A stretch of DNA of 64,000 bases from Eledone cirrhosa (Eukaryota). The notes beneath the pieces are model-generated. The model was given only the letters and a program-made list of their open reading frames with translations. It searched no databases and was not told the origin of the DNA. Each line of letters opens with the position of its first letter. Within the stretch, counting starts at the first letter, position 1. The stretch spans positions 25,172,001 through 25,236,000 of the forward strand of contig OZ024759.1 of NCBI GenBank assembly GCA_964016885.1, in the 5' to 3' direction. Both the position numbers and the translations under genes were made by a program. This document shows positions 13,009 through 26,611 of the stretch, piece by piece.

Positions 13009-14387
13009 CAGACATTAAATTTGTTGGCAAAACTAGGAAGCTTTCTTTATGTGGCATAACATTGGTTGTTACATTTGACTGTTTAGCTTCTGTGTGCTAA
13101 ATACTAAGTCGCAATTTTCAACTGCTAATTTTATGCAAAATTTTTTTACTTCCATTGTCACTCTTGTCTTCATAGTGACTATATTTCCATTATTTATTTT
13201 CAGAATAATTGATTATGAATAATTTTGAACCTCCAAATTTGTGGAAGAGACACAGAGTTCTTCTTGGAATCCGCGCCGGGAGGACAAATAAGGAAATTTC
13301 AGACTTTCTCAGCGTCAGCAGGAGAATGGTGGAGAAAGGTCAGAAGGAGAAAGATCAGAAAGGAATTGGAAGATTCAGGATTCGACTACGAAGCAACATC
13401 AGAGAGGAAAACACATGATCAATGATCTGACGCCTTCAGAACGCCCAAGTTTGTCGCTGAAGTTCAGGATATCATCAACAATGAACCTAGCAAGTCGATG
13501 CGTGCCATCGCAAGGGAGAAAGGCGTGGATGAAAAGCTCATTAGCCTGGTGGTACATGAAGACATTCGCTACATTTCATACAAGATGAGGAAAGGATAAT
13601 TTCTGTCAAATGTGATGCAAGAAAAGTGACTGAAGCATGCAAAGAAGTTGAAACAGCCACTGGAGCCAGACATGCTGTGGTTTTTCTCCGACGAGAAAAA
13701 CTTCTGCCAAGACCAGAAGATCAACTCCAAGAACAACAGGTGGCTCTCTGTCTCATCCAAAGACGTGCCCAAAGTCATGCAAAGTTTCCAGCGACAACAT
13801 TGGTCTTAGGTGTTGTTAGCAGTCAAGGTGACTCACGCCACCTCACTTCTTCCCTGAGGGCCTTAAGCTGAACACCAATAGCTACATCTGCGTTCTGAGC
13901 GAGGTTGTAAAGCTCTGGATCAACCAGGTAGCTGCAGGTAGGCCGTACGTGTGGCAGCAAGACTCAGCGCCCTGCCATACCAGCCAAAAGACACAAGCCT
14001 GGCTGTCAGAGAACTTCGTCGACCACACTTCACCTGACATCTGGCCTCCCAGCTCGCCTGACTGCAACCCCCTCGACTTCTTTGTGTGGGTCGCAGTGGA
14101 ACGAGACACCAACAGATCTAGCTGCAATACGAAAGACGATTTGAAGCCCAGGATCACAAGTTCCTTTAGGGGCCTAAGTCGGGGGACAGTGACAAAGGCC
14201 TGTAGCCGGTTCCGAGGCCGCATTGAGGCCGTCATCAAAGCCAATGGCGGGTTTATCGAGTGAGATCGAAAGAACAAGTCATGAAGACAAACTGACCCAA
14301 GTTTGATAAATATATCTTAAAAAATAAAACTACTGTGTTATTTTTTCCTAGACAGTAATCTTGCGAACAAATATCATCCGCACCCTG
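13009..14387 (+). mobile_element. Tc1/mariner superfamily DD37D (maT-type) transposon, decayed full-length copy
   Basis: Transposase fragments: PSKSMRAIAREKGV (HTH), WFFSDEKNF, WQQDSAPCH, WPPSSPDCNPLD, with 37 residues between the 2nd and 3rd Asp. Right TIR TTGCGAACAAATATCATCCGCACCCTG+TA; partly deleted left TIR TA+CAG..ATTTGTTGGCAA. Confidence 0.9.
13216..14263 (+). pseudogene. DD37D transposase pseudogene (frameshifts and stops)
   Basis: ORF pieces 13209-13418 and 13949-14263 plus intervening frames; ends EAVIKANGGFIE*. Confidence 0.88.
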
Positions 14388-15236
14388 TATACATATATAT
14401 ATATACATATATATATCATGACCAAAGGGGGCCTATGTTATATATATACACATATACTAGTTATATATACCATCTCTCTCCCTATATATATATACTATCT
14501 ATCTATATATACATATATATATATGTACATATGTGACAAAAAGCGGATTATGTTATAGTATTTAGTATAACAATAGCTATTGCACATTAGTATTTAGTAT
14601 AAACAGTATTTAATATAACAATAGTTAGATTTACCTGACGAACAGATGTTTCTGAAAGAAAAAAAGGAATTCATGGATAATATTTTTTTTTATTGATTAC
14701 ACAACATTCTTTTAATGCTTTACAACAAGCAGCCACAGCAACAAGAATATGAACAACAAGAACAGTGGGGAAAAGAAAAATCAATAAAAAAAACCCTTCA
14801 TCTTTTCTGTGTGCACCACACCCATAACAATGTATAGACCAGACCCATAACAATGCAGGGAGGGGTGGGCTAAATAGTTAAGTATTGAGACCATTGCTAT
14901 ACAAATAGATGAATCAAAATTCAATGTATAGATTTAGAAGTAGTAAAAGAAAATACAAAATACTTACAAACTTCAAAACTACAATGGTATTAAATCAATT
15001 ATTTGAGAAAGCTGTTTGTATTGTTTGCATATTACATTTCGAATTGATTGATTAAATACTATAAACTGTTTATGCATCAAAATCGGTAATTGATATGTTA
15101 ACATTTTAAAGAATATGTTATTTCAGGATCAATTATCTGAAGTAAACTTTTACAAACAAAAAATTGAATATATGTGTGTCTGTGTGTGTGCATTATATAA
15201 TATATAATGCACACACACACACACACACACACATCA

Positions 15237-15388
15237 TCCTATCATCTCATTTCTACAGCTAAGTAAACTGGAGCAATGTGAAATAGAGTGTATTGCTCAA
15301 GGAAACAAAACATCACCCGGTCTGAGAATTGAACTCACAACCTTTCGATTTCAAGGCCAATGCTCTAACCACTAAGGCATGTGCCTTC
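15237..15388 (-). mobile_element. tRNA-derived CORE-like SINE, head and core only
   Basis: Near-identical to 16022-16174; A and B boxes on the minus strand. Confidence 0.8.
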
Positions 15389-15530
15389 ATGTGTGTATAT
15401 ATGTAGAGAGCAGCAATATTATATCATTTATTTATGTTCATAAATTTGTATAAGTATCTTAAGAAAAGTCACTAACTTGATGCTTCTTGGGTACCGCTTT
15501 TGTTCTGTGTATGAACATAGATAAATAATA

Positions 15531-15568
<38 letters not shown>

Positions 15569-15725
15569 ATATATATATATATATGTGTATATATATATAT
15601 ATTCCATTTTTAAGCCTAACTTAACTAGCAACTACACAGCCTCGATATTCTCTCTCTCTCTCTATATATATATACGTATAAAAATATATGTATATATATG
15701 TATGTATATATATATATATATGTAT

Positions 15726-16174
15726 CATCATCATCATCATCATCACCGTTTTACGTTCGTTCTTCCATGCTAGCATGGGTTAGACGGGTTGTCCTGTTGT
15801 GGGCAGTGTCCGGTTGGCTGACCTTGTCTTGCTCATACGGGAACTGATTCTGGCTTGATTTCTACAGCTGGATGACCTTCCTAACACCAACCTCATTTAC
15901 AGTAAGTGGTGGGTGCTTTTTCTCCGTGGCGCCTACACGTCCATTTTACAATGAGTGGTGGGTGGTTTTTTTGGCGTGGCACCTCCACGACCACTTTGCA
16001 GTGGAATAATAGGGACCCCAATCCCTATCATCTCATTTCTACAGCTGAGTAAACTGGAGCAATGTGAAATACAGTGTCTGGCTGAAGGAAACAACACATC
16101 ACCCGGTCCGAGAATTGAACTCACAACCTTTCGATTGCAAGCCCAATGCTCTAACCACTAAGGCATGTGCCTTC
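15726..16174 (-). mobile_element. Full tRNA/CORE-like SINE with RTE-derived 3' tail (type B)
   Basis: Head GAAGGCACATGCCTTAGTGGTTAGAGC..GAGTTCAATTC; 3' ~250 nt match the 3' UTR of the LINE at 56518-57077; ends (GAT)n; in TA/TG tracts. Confidence 0.85.
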
Positions 16175-16215
16175 ATGTGTGTATATATGTGTGTGTATAT
16201 ATATATATATATGTA

Positions 16216-16363
16216 TCATCATCATCATCGTTTAATGTCCATATTCCACACTTGCATGGGTTTTTGGACGGGAGTTTTCCCACTTGAGGCAAGAGTGGTT
16301 GTCTTGCTCGCATAGGACTGTCTGGCGGGTTTTCTACGGCTGGATGCCCTTCCTAACACCAAC

Positions 16364-16365
<2 letters not shown>
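16216..16365 (-). mobile_element. RTE subfamily A 3' stub (~150 nt)
   Basis: Matches 895-1047; (TA)n both sides. Confidence 0.85.
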
Positions 16366-16409
<44 letters not shown>

Positions 16410-16411
<2 letters not shown>

Positions 16412-16466
16412 AACAAGTAGGACCCCGACGGCTGAGCTCAAACCGTTTTGACGGCTAATTCTGGAC
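16410..16466 (-). mobile_element. Fragment of hairpin-ended family H1 (putative Penelope-type end)
   Basis: GGACCCCGACGGCTGAGCTCAAACCGTTTTGACGGCTA, shared with 36791-36916 and 52547-52752. Confidence 0.6.
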
Positions 16467-16865
16467 TATATATATATATATAATCTATCTAGCTGTCTAT
16501 AAATGTGTGTGTATGCGTGTGTATATTTATAATTTTTATATTTCTAATGTTAGATAGAAGCAGTTTCAAAATAATAAAAACTAAAATAAGAATAAAAATA
16601 AAATAAAAAATAAAATAGAATAAACAAATATAATAAAATAAAACAAAAATGTAAATAATTAAAAATGAAAAGATCAAGGTGGAGAAAACAAATTGGAAAT
16701 TTAATTAATGGAATAATTAATTAAGATGTGAAATGGAATAATTTGTAACAATATGCCCCATGTCGTTTAAGATTTGATGATGTAATTTGGTGAAACTGTC
16801 TTAGTATTACTGACTGGTTTTTAATCTTAGTAAGGAGAGAAACAACAACAATAACGGACATTATA

Positions 16866-17330
16866 TGGTGGTGTTGGTGGTGATGCTGGTGGTGTTGGTG
16901 GCGGTTGGTGTTGGTGGTGGTATTGGTGGTGTTGGTGGTGGTGTTGATTGTTGTGGTGTTGGTGGTGTTGGTGGCGGTGTTTGTTTTGGTAGCAGTGGTG
17001 TTGGTGGCAGTGATGGTGTTGGTAGTAGTGGTGTTGGTGGTGGTGGTGGTGGTGGTGGCGGTGTTGGTAGTGGTGGTGGTGGTGGTGATGGTGTTGGTGG
17101 TGATATTATTGTGGTGGTATTGGTTTGATGGTGGTGGTGGCATTTATGGTGGTGATGGGGAGGTGGCATTGGTGGTTGTTGGTGGTGGCGGTGACGGTAG
17201 AGGTTGTGTTAGTGTTGGTATTGGTGGTGTTGGTGGTGGTGGTGTTGGTGATGGTGGTGGTGACAATAATAATGATGAGGATAATGATGATGATGAAGGT
17301 GGTGGTGGAGGTGATAGTGCTAATGATGAC
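16866..17330. repeat. (GGT/GTT)n low-complexity tract
   Basis: Read directly; similar (CAC/CAA/CAT)n tracts at 18486-19440, 22268-23260, 31088-31480, 39860-40425. Confidence 0.9.
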
Positions 17331-17344
17331 GTTCATAATAAAGA

Positions 17345-18345
17345 TAATTGTTTCTACTTTAGGCACAAGGCCAGCAATTACCCAGTGCATTACTGGTACT
17401 GTATTTTATCGACCCCGTAAGGATGAAAGGCGAAGTCAACCACGGCGGGATTTGAACTCAGATCGTAAATGGACGTAACTATGCTGGAAAGCATGGCGTC
17501 CGACCCTCTACTGATACTGCCAATACAATAAAGATAATGATAACAATACTGATGACAATGAAGGAGAGAAGGAGGAGGGGAATAATATGGAGGAGAAGGA
17601 GTAGTAGGAGGGGTAGGAAGAAAATTAGGAACCTTATTTTTATCTGATTGCTGTTGTTGATTAAATTCTAACTCTGACACACATGTCTACAGAATCAATT
17701 CAAGTTCTTAACCAAATTTAACACCATCACATTTTTTCTCTACATTTCTTAATATTGTTTATTTTAAACGATTAAGAACAAGAAATTTCCTTTTCCTTTC
17801 AAATTTATTAATAATAATTGTTTCTACTTTAGGCACAAGGCCAGCAATTATCCACTACATTACTGGCGCTTTATTTTATCGACCTCGTAAGGATGAAAGG
17901 CAAAGTTAACCTTGGCAAGGGCCGTAACTCTATGCTTCAAAGCATGGCGTCCGACCCTCTACCGATACTACCAATCCACCGCCTTTAATAATAATAAAAA
18001 TGGTTTCTTATATAGGCACAAGGTCAGCAATTTTTGGGAAGGGGGAAAGTTAATTTCATCAACCCCTCAGTACATTACTGGTACTTTATTTTATTGTCCC
18101 TGTAAGGATGACAGGCAAAGCTAACCTCTTCAGGATTTGATCTCAGAACGTAAAGGGCCGTAACTCTATGCTGCAAAATAATGTTCGACGCTCTACCGAT
18201 ATTGCCAATCTGCTAACTTTAATAATGATAATAATTGTTTCTACTTTTGGCACAAGGCCAGCAATTACTCCAGTGTATTACTGGTACTTTATTTTATCAA
18301 CCCCGTAAGGATGAAAGGCAAAGTTAACCTTGGCGGGATTTATAT
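17345..18345 (-). mobile_element. Cluster of four co-oriented tRNA SINEs, type A (Meta-like core)
   Basis: Copies at ~17345-17525, 17815-17983, 17995-18215, 18230-18340 with GGATGAAAGGCAAAG and GGCACAAGGCCAGCAATT; last three joined by (AAT)n. Confidence 0.85.
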
Positions 18346-20295
18346 TATAGGCACAAGGTTATAATAAACTCAACCAACCTTCAATAATAATTTGTTCGAT
18401 TTTTTTTTTTTTAAATTTCTCTACTCATAGCAATATTTCATATTGCAGCAGTAACAAATTCCCTACACCCTCCATTCCCCAAGCCCACACCACCAACACT
18501 AACAACACCACCATCACTAACAACAACAACAATACCACTGCCACAACCTCCACTACCAACAACACCACCACCACTAACAACAACAATACCACTGCCACCA
18601 CCTCCAACAACACCACCACCACTAACAACAATAACAGCAACAACAATACAACTGCCACCACCTCCACTACCAACAACACCACCACCACCACCATCAACAC
18701 CATCACCATCAACACCACCACCACCAACACCACCAACAATACCACCACCATCACCACCACCACCATCACCACTACCATCAACACCACTACCACCGCCATC
18801 AACACCACCACCACCACCACCACCATCAACACCACCATCACCACCACTACCACTGCCATCACCACCACCACCACCACCATCAACACCACCACCATCAACA
18901 CCACCAACACCACCATCAACACCACCACCATCAACACCACCAACACCACCACTACCACCACCGTCATCTTGTTTACTGACATAATCTTTTGTATGGAGCT
19001 GTTAATTACAATTGCCATGATCCTGTCTGTACTTGAAAAATTCTTAACTAAAAACAAAGACAACAGCAGCAATAATAGCAACAACAACAACAGCAGCAAC
19101 CACAGCAGCAGCAACAATAGCAACAACAACAGAAGCAACAGCAGCAGCAGCAACAACAACAACAACAACCGTAACAGCAGCAACCACAACAACAGCAGCA
19201 GCACCAACAACAACAACAACAGCAGCAGCAGCAGCAACAACATCCACAACAGCAGCAACAACAACATCCACAACAGCAGCAACAATAGCAACAAGTACAA
19301 CAACAACTGCAACAACAACAGTAACAACAACAAAAACAACAACCACAGCAACAACAAAAACAACAACCACAGCAACAACCACCACAACAACAACCACCAC
19401 AACAAAAGCAACAATAACCACATCAACAACAACAACAGCAATTTGTTGTTTATTATTTGAGTACAATGGTAGTCGGTTGTGAGTGAAAAAGCTTCATCAC
19501 CCACAACCATTCCAGACCATTCCAGACCATTCCAGACCATTCTGGAAGTATAATGGTCTTTTGTTGATTAAAACAATAGAATCCATCATGGTAATAGTGT
19601 GTTATTCTCCACTATAGGAGAGAAGAGAGAGTGTGTGTGAGAGTGTGAGAGAGAGACTGGCAGAGAGAGTGTGAGGGAGAGACTGGAAAAGAGTGTGTGA
19701 GAGAGTGTGTGAGAGAGTGTGCGTGTGAGAGAGTGTGTGAGAGAGAGAGTGTGTAAGAGAGTGTGTGAGTGAGGGAGAAAGACTGCGTGAGATAAAGAGA
19801 GAGTGTGTGTGTGAAAAAGAGAGAGAGATAAAGAGAGAGAGAGAGTGTGTGAGGGAGAGAGAGCTAAAGAGCGAGAGAGTGTGTGTGATGGAGAGAGCTA
19901 AAGAGAGAGAGAGTGTGTGTGTGAGGGAGAGAGCTAAAGAGAGACAGAGTGTGTGTATGAGAAAGAAATAAAGAAAAAGTGAGAGAGAGAGAGAAAGAGC
20001 GAGGGAGAGAGAGAGAATAAGCAAGAGCTAGAGAGAGAAAGAGCAAGAGAGAGAATAAGAGAGAGACAGGGGAAGGCATGGAAAAACTCACAGCATCCAT
20101 AATCCATAGTGACGAGTATCCATAGCAACAAAAATACATGTCTGTAGGGGATGGGGTGGGGGTTCGAGATTTTATCAACAATCTATTGCTGTAAAAAAAA
20201 ATCAAAAAAATAAAAGCAAAAATAATAATAATAATTGTTTCTAATAATAATAATAATCAATAAGTATATTTTATTTTAATAGTTTAATAGTAATT

Positions 20296-20556
20296 CCTGA
20301 CTAGAAGCTGTTGTTAGAATGAGTCGACAAGATATTAGCTTGTTAACTTTCATAAGTGGAAGGAGGGTAGCTTAGTGGTAAGGGTGTTTCGTACAGGATT
20401 GTGAGGTTGTGAGTTTGATTCCTGGTTATAAGTTGTTGTTAGACTGCATTGATAAGATATTAGCTTGTTAACTTACAATGTTATCTTTCATATATTGAAG
20501 GAGGTAGCTTAGTGGTAAGGGTGTTTGGCACAACATTATGAGGTTGTGAGTTTGAT
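20296..20556 (+). repeat. Tandem decayed tRNA-SINE heads with spacer (two units; third at 22111-22266)
   Basis: Repeated AAGATATTAGCTTGTTAACTT..GTAGCTTAGTGGTAAGGGTGTTT..GAGGTTGTGAGTTTGAT. Confidence 0.6.
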
Positions 20557-20723
20557 AAAAAGTGTTATAAAAGGACAAATCCTGTATGCTATAGATCTAT
20601 TCTGCAATCAGACCTGGACACAATGCAGCAATGGATTATGGACAAGTGTATCACCACACATTTTGGGAGTAAAAGCCCAGCTTTCATATACTCCCTCCAC
20701 AACACCAATCTCAAGAACTCTTC

Positions 20724-21400
20724 TAGGGCATTATTGTCAACAGCGATTTGTGTTGGACAAAGCACATCTCTAAAATTGTCAAGAAGGCCGATGGTGTCTT
20801 AGCATCACTCAGTAAGTCCTTTGTCAGCCACTCTCCAGCTATCTATTTAAAGCTGTACATAGCTATAGTGCAACCACACTAAGAATTTGCATCATTAGTC
20901 TGGAACCCCGATCTTGCTTAGAATATTGACCTCCTGGAAACTGTTCAGAGATGTGCAACCAAACGAATACCCTCCACCAGGCCACTACCATACTCTGAAT
21001 GCCTTGCTTCCCTGGGCATGGATACATTAAAGTTCTGTCATCTGGCAACTGACTGGATTATTAACCATCTTTTCAACAACACTGTTCATTTTCCTGACGT
21101 TTGTACATTACCCTATGTACCATACATTCACTTTTGATGAGTTGTAGTGCACCTGAGCACTGTACACAATATTTTCATTATTATTATTAATATAACCCTG
21201 GACACCTTTTTGAATTCCATATGTCTAACACCCATGGACATACTTACCAAACCAGAAAACATTACAGCTCCCATGACTTTTGGAATCATTTTTTCATGTT
21301 CAAAGTGCTGAAGCATGGAACAAACTACTTACATCAGTTGTTAGCTGTCAGGACACTGCATCCTTCAAAACTTCCATGCTACCCGAAATTCGTCAACACT
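20724..21400 (+). mobile_element. CR1-clade LINE 3' fragment, decayed
   Basis: Translates LGIIVNSDLCWTKHISKIVKKA..LKLYIAIVQPH*EFASLVWNP..LLETVQRCATKRI, later THGHTY..HFF..AWNKL: the CR1 ORF2 C-terminal pattern. Confidence 0.85.
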
Positions 21401-21500
21401 ACACCTGATATTCCCCCTCCATACACACACACACACATGTATATCATGACTCATACACTGTTCACTTTCCTGACATTTGTGCATTATTCTATGTACTAAG

Positions 21501-22070
21501 GGCGGTGGATTGGCAGTATCGGTAGAGGGTCGGACGCCATGCTTTCCAGCATAGTTATGTCCCTTTACGATCTGAGTTCAAATCCCGCCGAGGTTGACTT
21601 TGCCTTTCATCCTTACGGGGTCGATAAAATAAAGTACCAGTAATGCACTGGGTAATTGCTGGCCTTGTGCCTAAAGTAGAAACAATTATTCTATGTACTA
21701 AGGCGGTGAAATGGCAGTATCAGGAGAGGGTCGGATGCCATGCTTTCCAGGATAGTTAAACCCCTTTACGGTCTGAGTTCAAATCCCGCCGAGGTTGACT
21801 TTGCCTTTCATCCTTACGGGGTCGATAAAATAAAGTACCAGTAATGCACTGGGTAATTGCTGGCCTTGTGCCTAAAGTAGAAACAATTATTCTATGTACT
21901 AAGGCGGTGAAATGGCAGTATCAGGAGAGGGTCGGATGCCATGCTTTCCAGGATAGTTAAACCCCTTTACGGTCTGAGTTCAAATCCCATCGAGGCTAAC
22001 TTTGCCTTTCATCCTTATGGGGTTGATAAAATAAAGTACTAGTAATGTACTGGGTAATTGCTGGCCTAGT
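21501..22070 (+). mobile_element. Three tandem type A tRNA SINEs (~201-bp period)
   Basis: A box TGGCAGTATCGG, B box GAGTTCAAATCC, core GCCTTTCATCCTTACGGGGTCGATAAAAT; spacer ATTATTCTATGTACTAAG precedes each unit. Confidence 0.92.
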
Positions 22071-23419
22071 GCACCTGAGCACTGTACACAATAATTTTCA
22101 TTATTATATCCCTGACTAGAAGCTGTTGTTAGAATGAGCCAACAAGATATTAACTTGTTAACTTAAAATGTTATCATTCATATGTGGAAGCGGGTAGCTT
22201 AGTGGTTAGAATATTTGGCACGAGATTGTGAGGTTGTGAGTTTGATTCCTGACTAGAAGCTGCTGTTCATTATCATCATCATCATCATCATCACCACCGT
22301 CATCATCATCACCACCACCATCACCATCACCACTATCACAACCATAATCATCCTCACCAACATCATCACCATCACCTTCATCATCATTATCACCATCATC
22401 AACAGCATCATTATCATCATCACTACCATCATCACTGTTACTATCACTGTTACTATCATCACCATCACCACCACCACCATCACTGTCACCATCACCATCA
22501 CCATCACTGTCACCACCACCATCAACATCACCACCATCACCACCACCACCTCCAGCATCACCACCACCTCCAACATTACCACCATCACCATTACTATCAT
22601 CATATCAACATCACCACCATCACAATCACCACCACCACTATCACCATCACCATCACTATCACCACCATCACCACCATCACCATTACTATCATCACCATCA
22701 TCATCACCACCACCACCACCATCACCACCACAATCAACATCACCACCATTACTATCATCACCACTACCACCAGCACCTCCAGCATCACCACCATCACCAT
22801 TACTATCATTACCATCAACATCACCACCACCACCACCACCATCACCACCACCATCAACATCTCCACCACCACCACCTCCAGCATCACCACCATCACCATT
22901 ACTATCATTACCATCAACATCACCACCACCATCACCACCACCTCCAACATCACCACCATCACTATTACTATCATCACCACCACCACCACCACCACCACCT
23001 CCAACATCACCATCATCACCATTACTATCATCACCACCACCACCACCACCTCCAACATCACCATCACTATCATCACCACCACCACCACCACCTCCAACAT
23101 CACCACCATCACCATTACTATCATCACCACCACCACCACCACCTCCAACATCGCCATCATCACCATTACTATCATCACCATTACTATCATGACCATCATC
23201 ACCACTGCCACCACCACCACCACCAACACCACCACCGCCACCACCACCAACATCACCATCATTGATATGTCTATTTTCTATGTCACAATCTGGGGCCAGA
23301 CAGGTCAGACAACCTGTCTTGCTCATACTTTTTATTTTGACAGGGTTTCTACAACTGAATGCCTTCATACACCAACCACTTCACTTTCTCCTGTGGTAAC
23401 CTGGTGCAGTCTGTGACTA

Positions 23420-23700
23420 GTCCAGGCTCTGCTGCACTTTGGGCTGAGGAGGGTAAACTCTCTAAATATTGGTTGTTCTCCAACAGGTTTGTGGTCGGGT
23501 CGAGCCTATAGCAGTGGAGACTTCTGGTGCCTTTGGCCCGAGGACCAACTCCCTACTCACCACCATTGGCACAGGGTTGGCTACCTGTAGGTGTAAGCCT
23601 CATGAGCTGGAATGGCTCTTCCAACGCATCACCCTCACCATCCTCTGGAGAAACACCTTCTCTATTCTGTCCCCTGAGACTGTAGGGTGGCCAGCACATA
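23420..23700 (+). mobile_element. CRE-like non-LTR retrotransposon 3' fragment (restriction-like endonuclease C-terminus)
   Basis: PGSAALWAEEGKLSKY..EPIAVETSGAFG..IG..L..ELEWLFQRITLTILWRN resembles the AE..K..KY..P.AVET.G..G..QR.S.AIQRGN pattern; second copy at 31918-32450. Confidence 0.75.
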
Positions 23701-23829
23701 GGCTCCCATCTGCTTATAATAAGAGAGACAGAGGTAGTTAGTGATAGAAAGAGTACATCTAAGCACACATGCACTTGATAAGACAATGATAGATGTTATA
23801 CATACATACACACACACATTTATATTTTT

Positions 23830-24460
23830 ACTTCACAGAGTGTACTGGGTTTGTTTTGTTGTGGCACCAGCACCATTTGACAGGGTGCTTTTCTTTTCAT
23901 AGTATCAACACTACCACTTTACAGAGTGTACTGGATTTGTTTCTTTGTGGCATCAACACTACCGCATTACATGGTGTACTGTATGTATTTTTTAATGACA
24001 CTAGCACTTTACAGAGTGTACTGGATGCATTTTATCATGACACCAGCACTACCACTTTACTGGGTGGACTGGGTGTATTTTTAATCAGCATTACCACATT
24101 TTAGTGTGTTCTGGTTGTATTTTTTAATGACACTACTGCTTTGCAGAGTATACTGGGTGTATTTTATTATGGCATCAACACTACCACATTACAGGGTGTA
24201 CTAAGTGTATTTTATTATGGCTTACAGGGTGTATTTTATCATGACACTGGCAGTACCACTTTACAGAGTGTGCTGAGTGTAACCACATTACAGAGTATAC
24301 TGGGTGTATTTTATAATGACATCAGCACTACCACTTTACAGAGTGTACTGGGTGTATTTTATCATGACACCAGCACTACCATATTACAGACTGTACTGGG
24401 TGTATTTTATCATTACGCCTGCACTACCACTTTACAGAGTGGATTGGGTGTATTTTCCGT
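23830..24460 (-). repeat. Diverged ~48-bp minisatellite related to the RTE 3' UTR sub-repeat
   Basis: Unit CACTACCACTTTACAGAGTGTACTGGGTGTATTTTATCATGACACCAG; its reverse complement resembles the 4650-5230 unit. Confidence 0.8.
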
Positions 24461-26343
24461 GGCAAATTTTAAATAAATATAAATTTTGGAGTCTGACAGA
24501 AGACATATAATAGTGCAGAATGTGGAGAGAAATAAGTTTATTTAAAATACATTTATATTTGTTTAAACTTATTTTCTCTGCATTTGGTTTGGTTGGATGA
24601 TTTTAATCACTCTATTGTAATTATACTGAGTTCGGTGTTTACTGGAATGGAACACTGTTCAGAAATCTGGAACGATGGCTCTACTGGCTCTGCTACTAAT
24701 ACACACACATGAACAGCCAAAACTAAATCCAAAAGAATTCTATCTGGTTGATCGACACAAACTTTTTCACCGACATAACACGATGCAACACTGCACCACA
24801 CCACATAGCACTACATAACACCACAACATAACACCACACACACATACACAAGAACACAACACAACCAACACTACACAACAGCACAACATAACACCACACA
24901 CACATACACAAGAACACAACACAACCAACACTACACAACACCGACACACCACGACACACAATATGACACCACATAACACAACACCACACAACATACTACA
25001 TTAAGTCATACCATACAACACAGCACAGCACAGCACACAAACACATTATCACAACCTCTTCTCCTTCCTCTCTTTTCTAACACCACAACAACTACAATGA
25101 CGTCTGCTCCCCAGGGTTAACTAATTATACACTGACTCCAGCTGAGAGACCAACCAAGTGTACATACACATACACTTCACAACTGTGAGGTCTGGAGTTC
25201 AATTTCAACTGTACAGTATCAGGAAGAACAAATATAGTAGTATAGTTGAGACAAGTAGACCAGTCAGGGAAGAACACATTGATCGTTTGAACCAGTTCTG
25301 TTTCACATTTGAAAAGAGGATTATAGCCCTGAAATATCATGTTGAAATATATTGAGTAAAACATTACTTTGTTTTGTTTTATTTTGTATTTTTTTACCAC
25401 ATTGTACTGGCTTTTTGAAACTTATTGAGGACAAATATATTTTATTGACCAAAGTCATTGTACAGTACAATGAAGGACAGATATATTTTATCACAGTCCT
25501 GGGTTGATTTAAACCTTAAGACCTCAAGTTCAATTTCTACTGTAGAGTATCATGGAGAACAAATGTCTAGGCAGAGGTGGTGAGAACTGATCTCAAATTG
25601 CTGAGACTCACAGAGGAGATGATAAAGAAATGCATTGAATGGAAAGATGCTGTGCTGAAAAGGACTCGTTCATGGCATGAGAGTAGGAAAAAACGAATTG
25701 AGAAACGATTATGATGATGATGATTGGGTTGACTGAAGTCTTGACGTTTCAAGTTCAATTTCCATTGTACAGTACCATAAAGAAGAGATATATTTTATCA
25801 CACTCCTGGATTGACTGATGTCTTGTCAGTAAAATATTGTAAACAGAAAATTTTTGAGAGCATGTTAGATGGACTGAGGGAGGATGGTAAGGGGCAGGAG
25901 ATTTCATCTATTAATAGTGCTGGTGGTTGTGGTAGTGGAAGTCGAAGTAGTAGTAATGCTAGTAGTGGCGGTGGTGGTGGTAGATTCCCTTAGAAAAAAC
26001 AGAAAGTCTAAAGCCTAGTTATTGGATTCTGTCTGAAAGAAGACAGCTACCATTATCTCTCTCTCTCTCACTCTCTCTCTCACTCTCTCTCTCACTCTCT
26101 CTTTCATTTATAATATGATAGTCTCTCTCTCTCTTGTATAATATGACAGCCTCTCTCTTTCTCTCTCTCTCTCTTGTATAGTACAGTGATGGTCTCTTTC
26201 TCTCGCTCTCCAGTGTTAGAAGTGGAAAGTTATGTCGGCTACATGAGAAGATTAATATCTAGTAATACCAATAGCCACAACAACTACTACTAAAGCAAAT
26301 ACTACTACTACTTCAACAACGACAACAGCAACAGCAGAAACAT

Positions 26344-26383
<40 letters not shown>

Positions 26384-26611
26384 CACTACTACTACCATTA
26401 CTACAGAAACAAAAACCACTACTACTATTACGATTATAACAACAACTAATACACTACTGCAACAACAACAACAATAATAACCATTTTAATAATAATAATG
26501 AAAATTATTGTGTACAGTGCTCAAGTGCATTACAAATTCATCAAAGGTGCATGTATAGTGCATAGAATAATGTACAAATGCCAAACAAAAACTTTTGCAA
26601 AGGTTCACCAA

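Noticed and set aside
21501-21600. tRNA gene suggested by A and B boxes
   Set aside because: No cloverleaf or terminator; continues into SINE core and tail and is multicopy.
16721-23368. Poly-Gly/Asp, poly-Leu/Val and poly-Thr ORFs up to 371 aa
   Set aside because: Trinucleotide tracts open in several frames on both strands, with no domain or splice support.
25215-25328. 114-nt open minus-strand exon candidate
   Set aside because: The donor is weak and lies in a motif repeated at ~25527 and ~25751.
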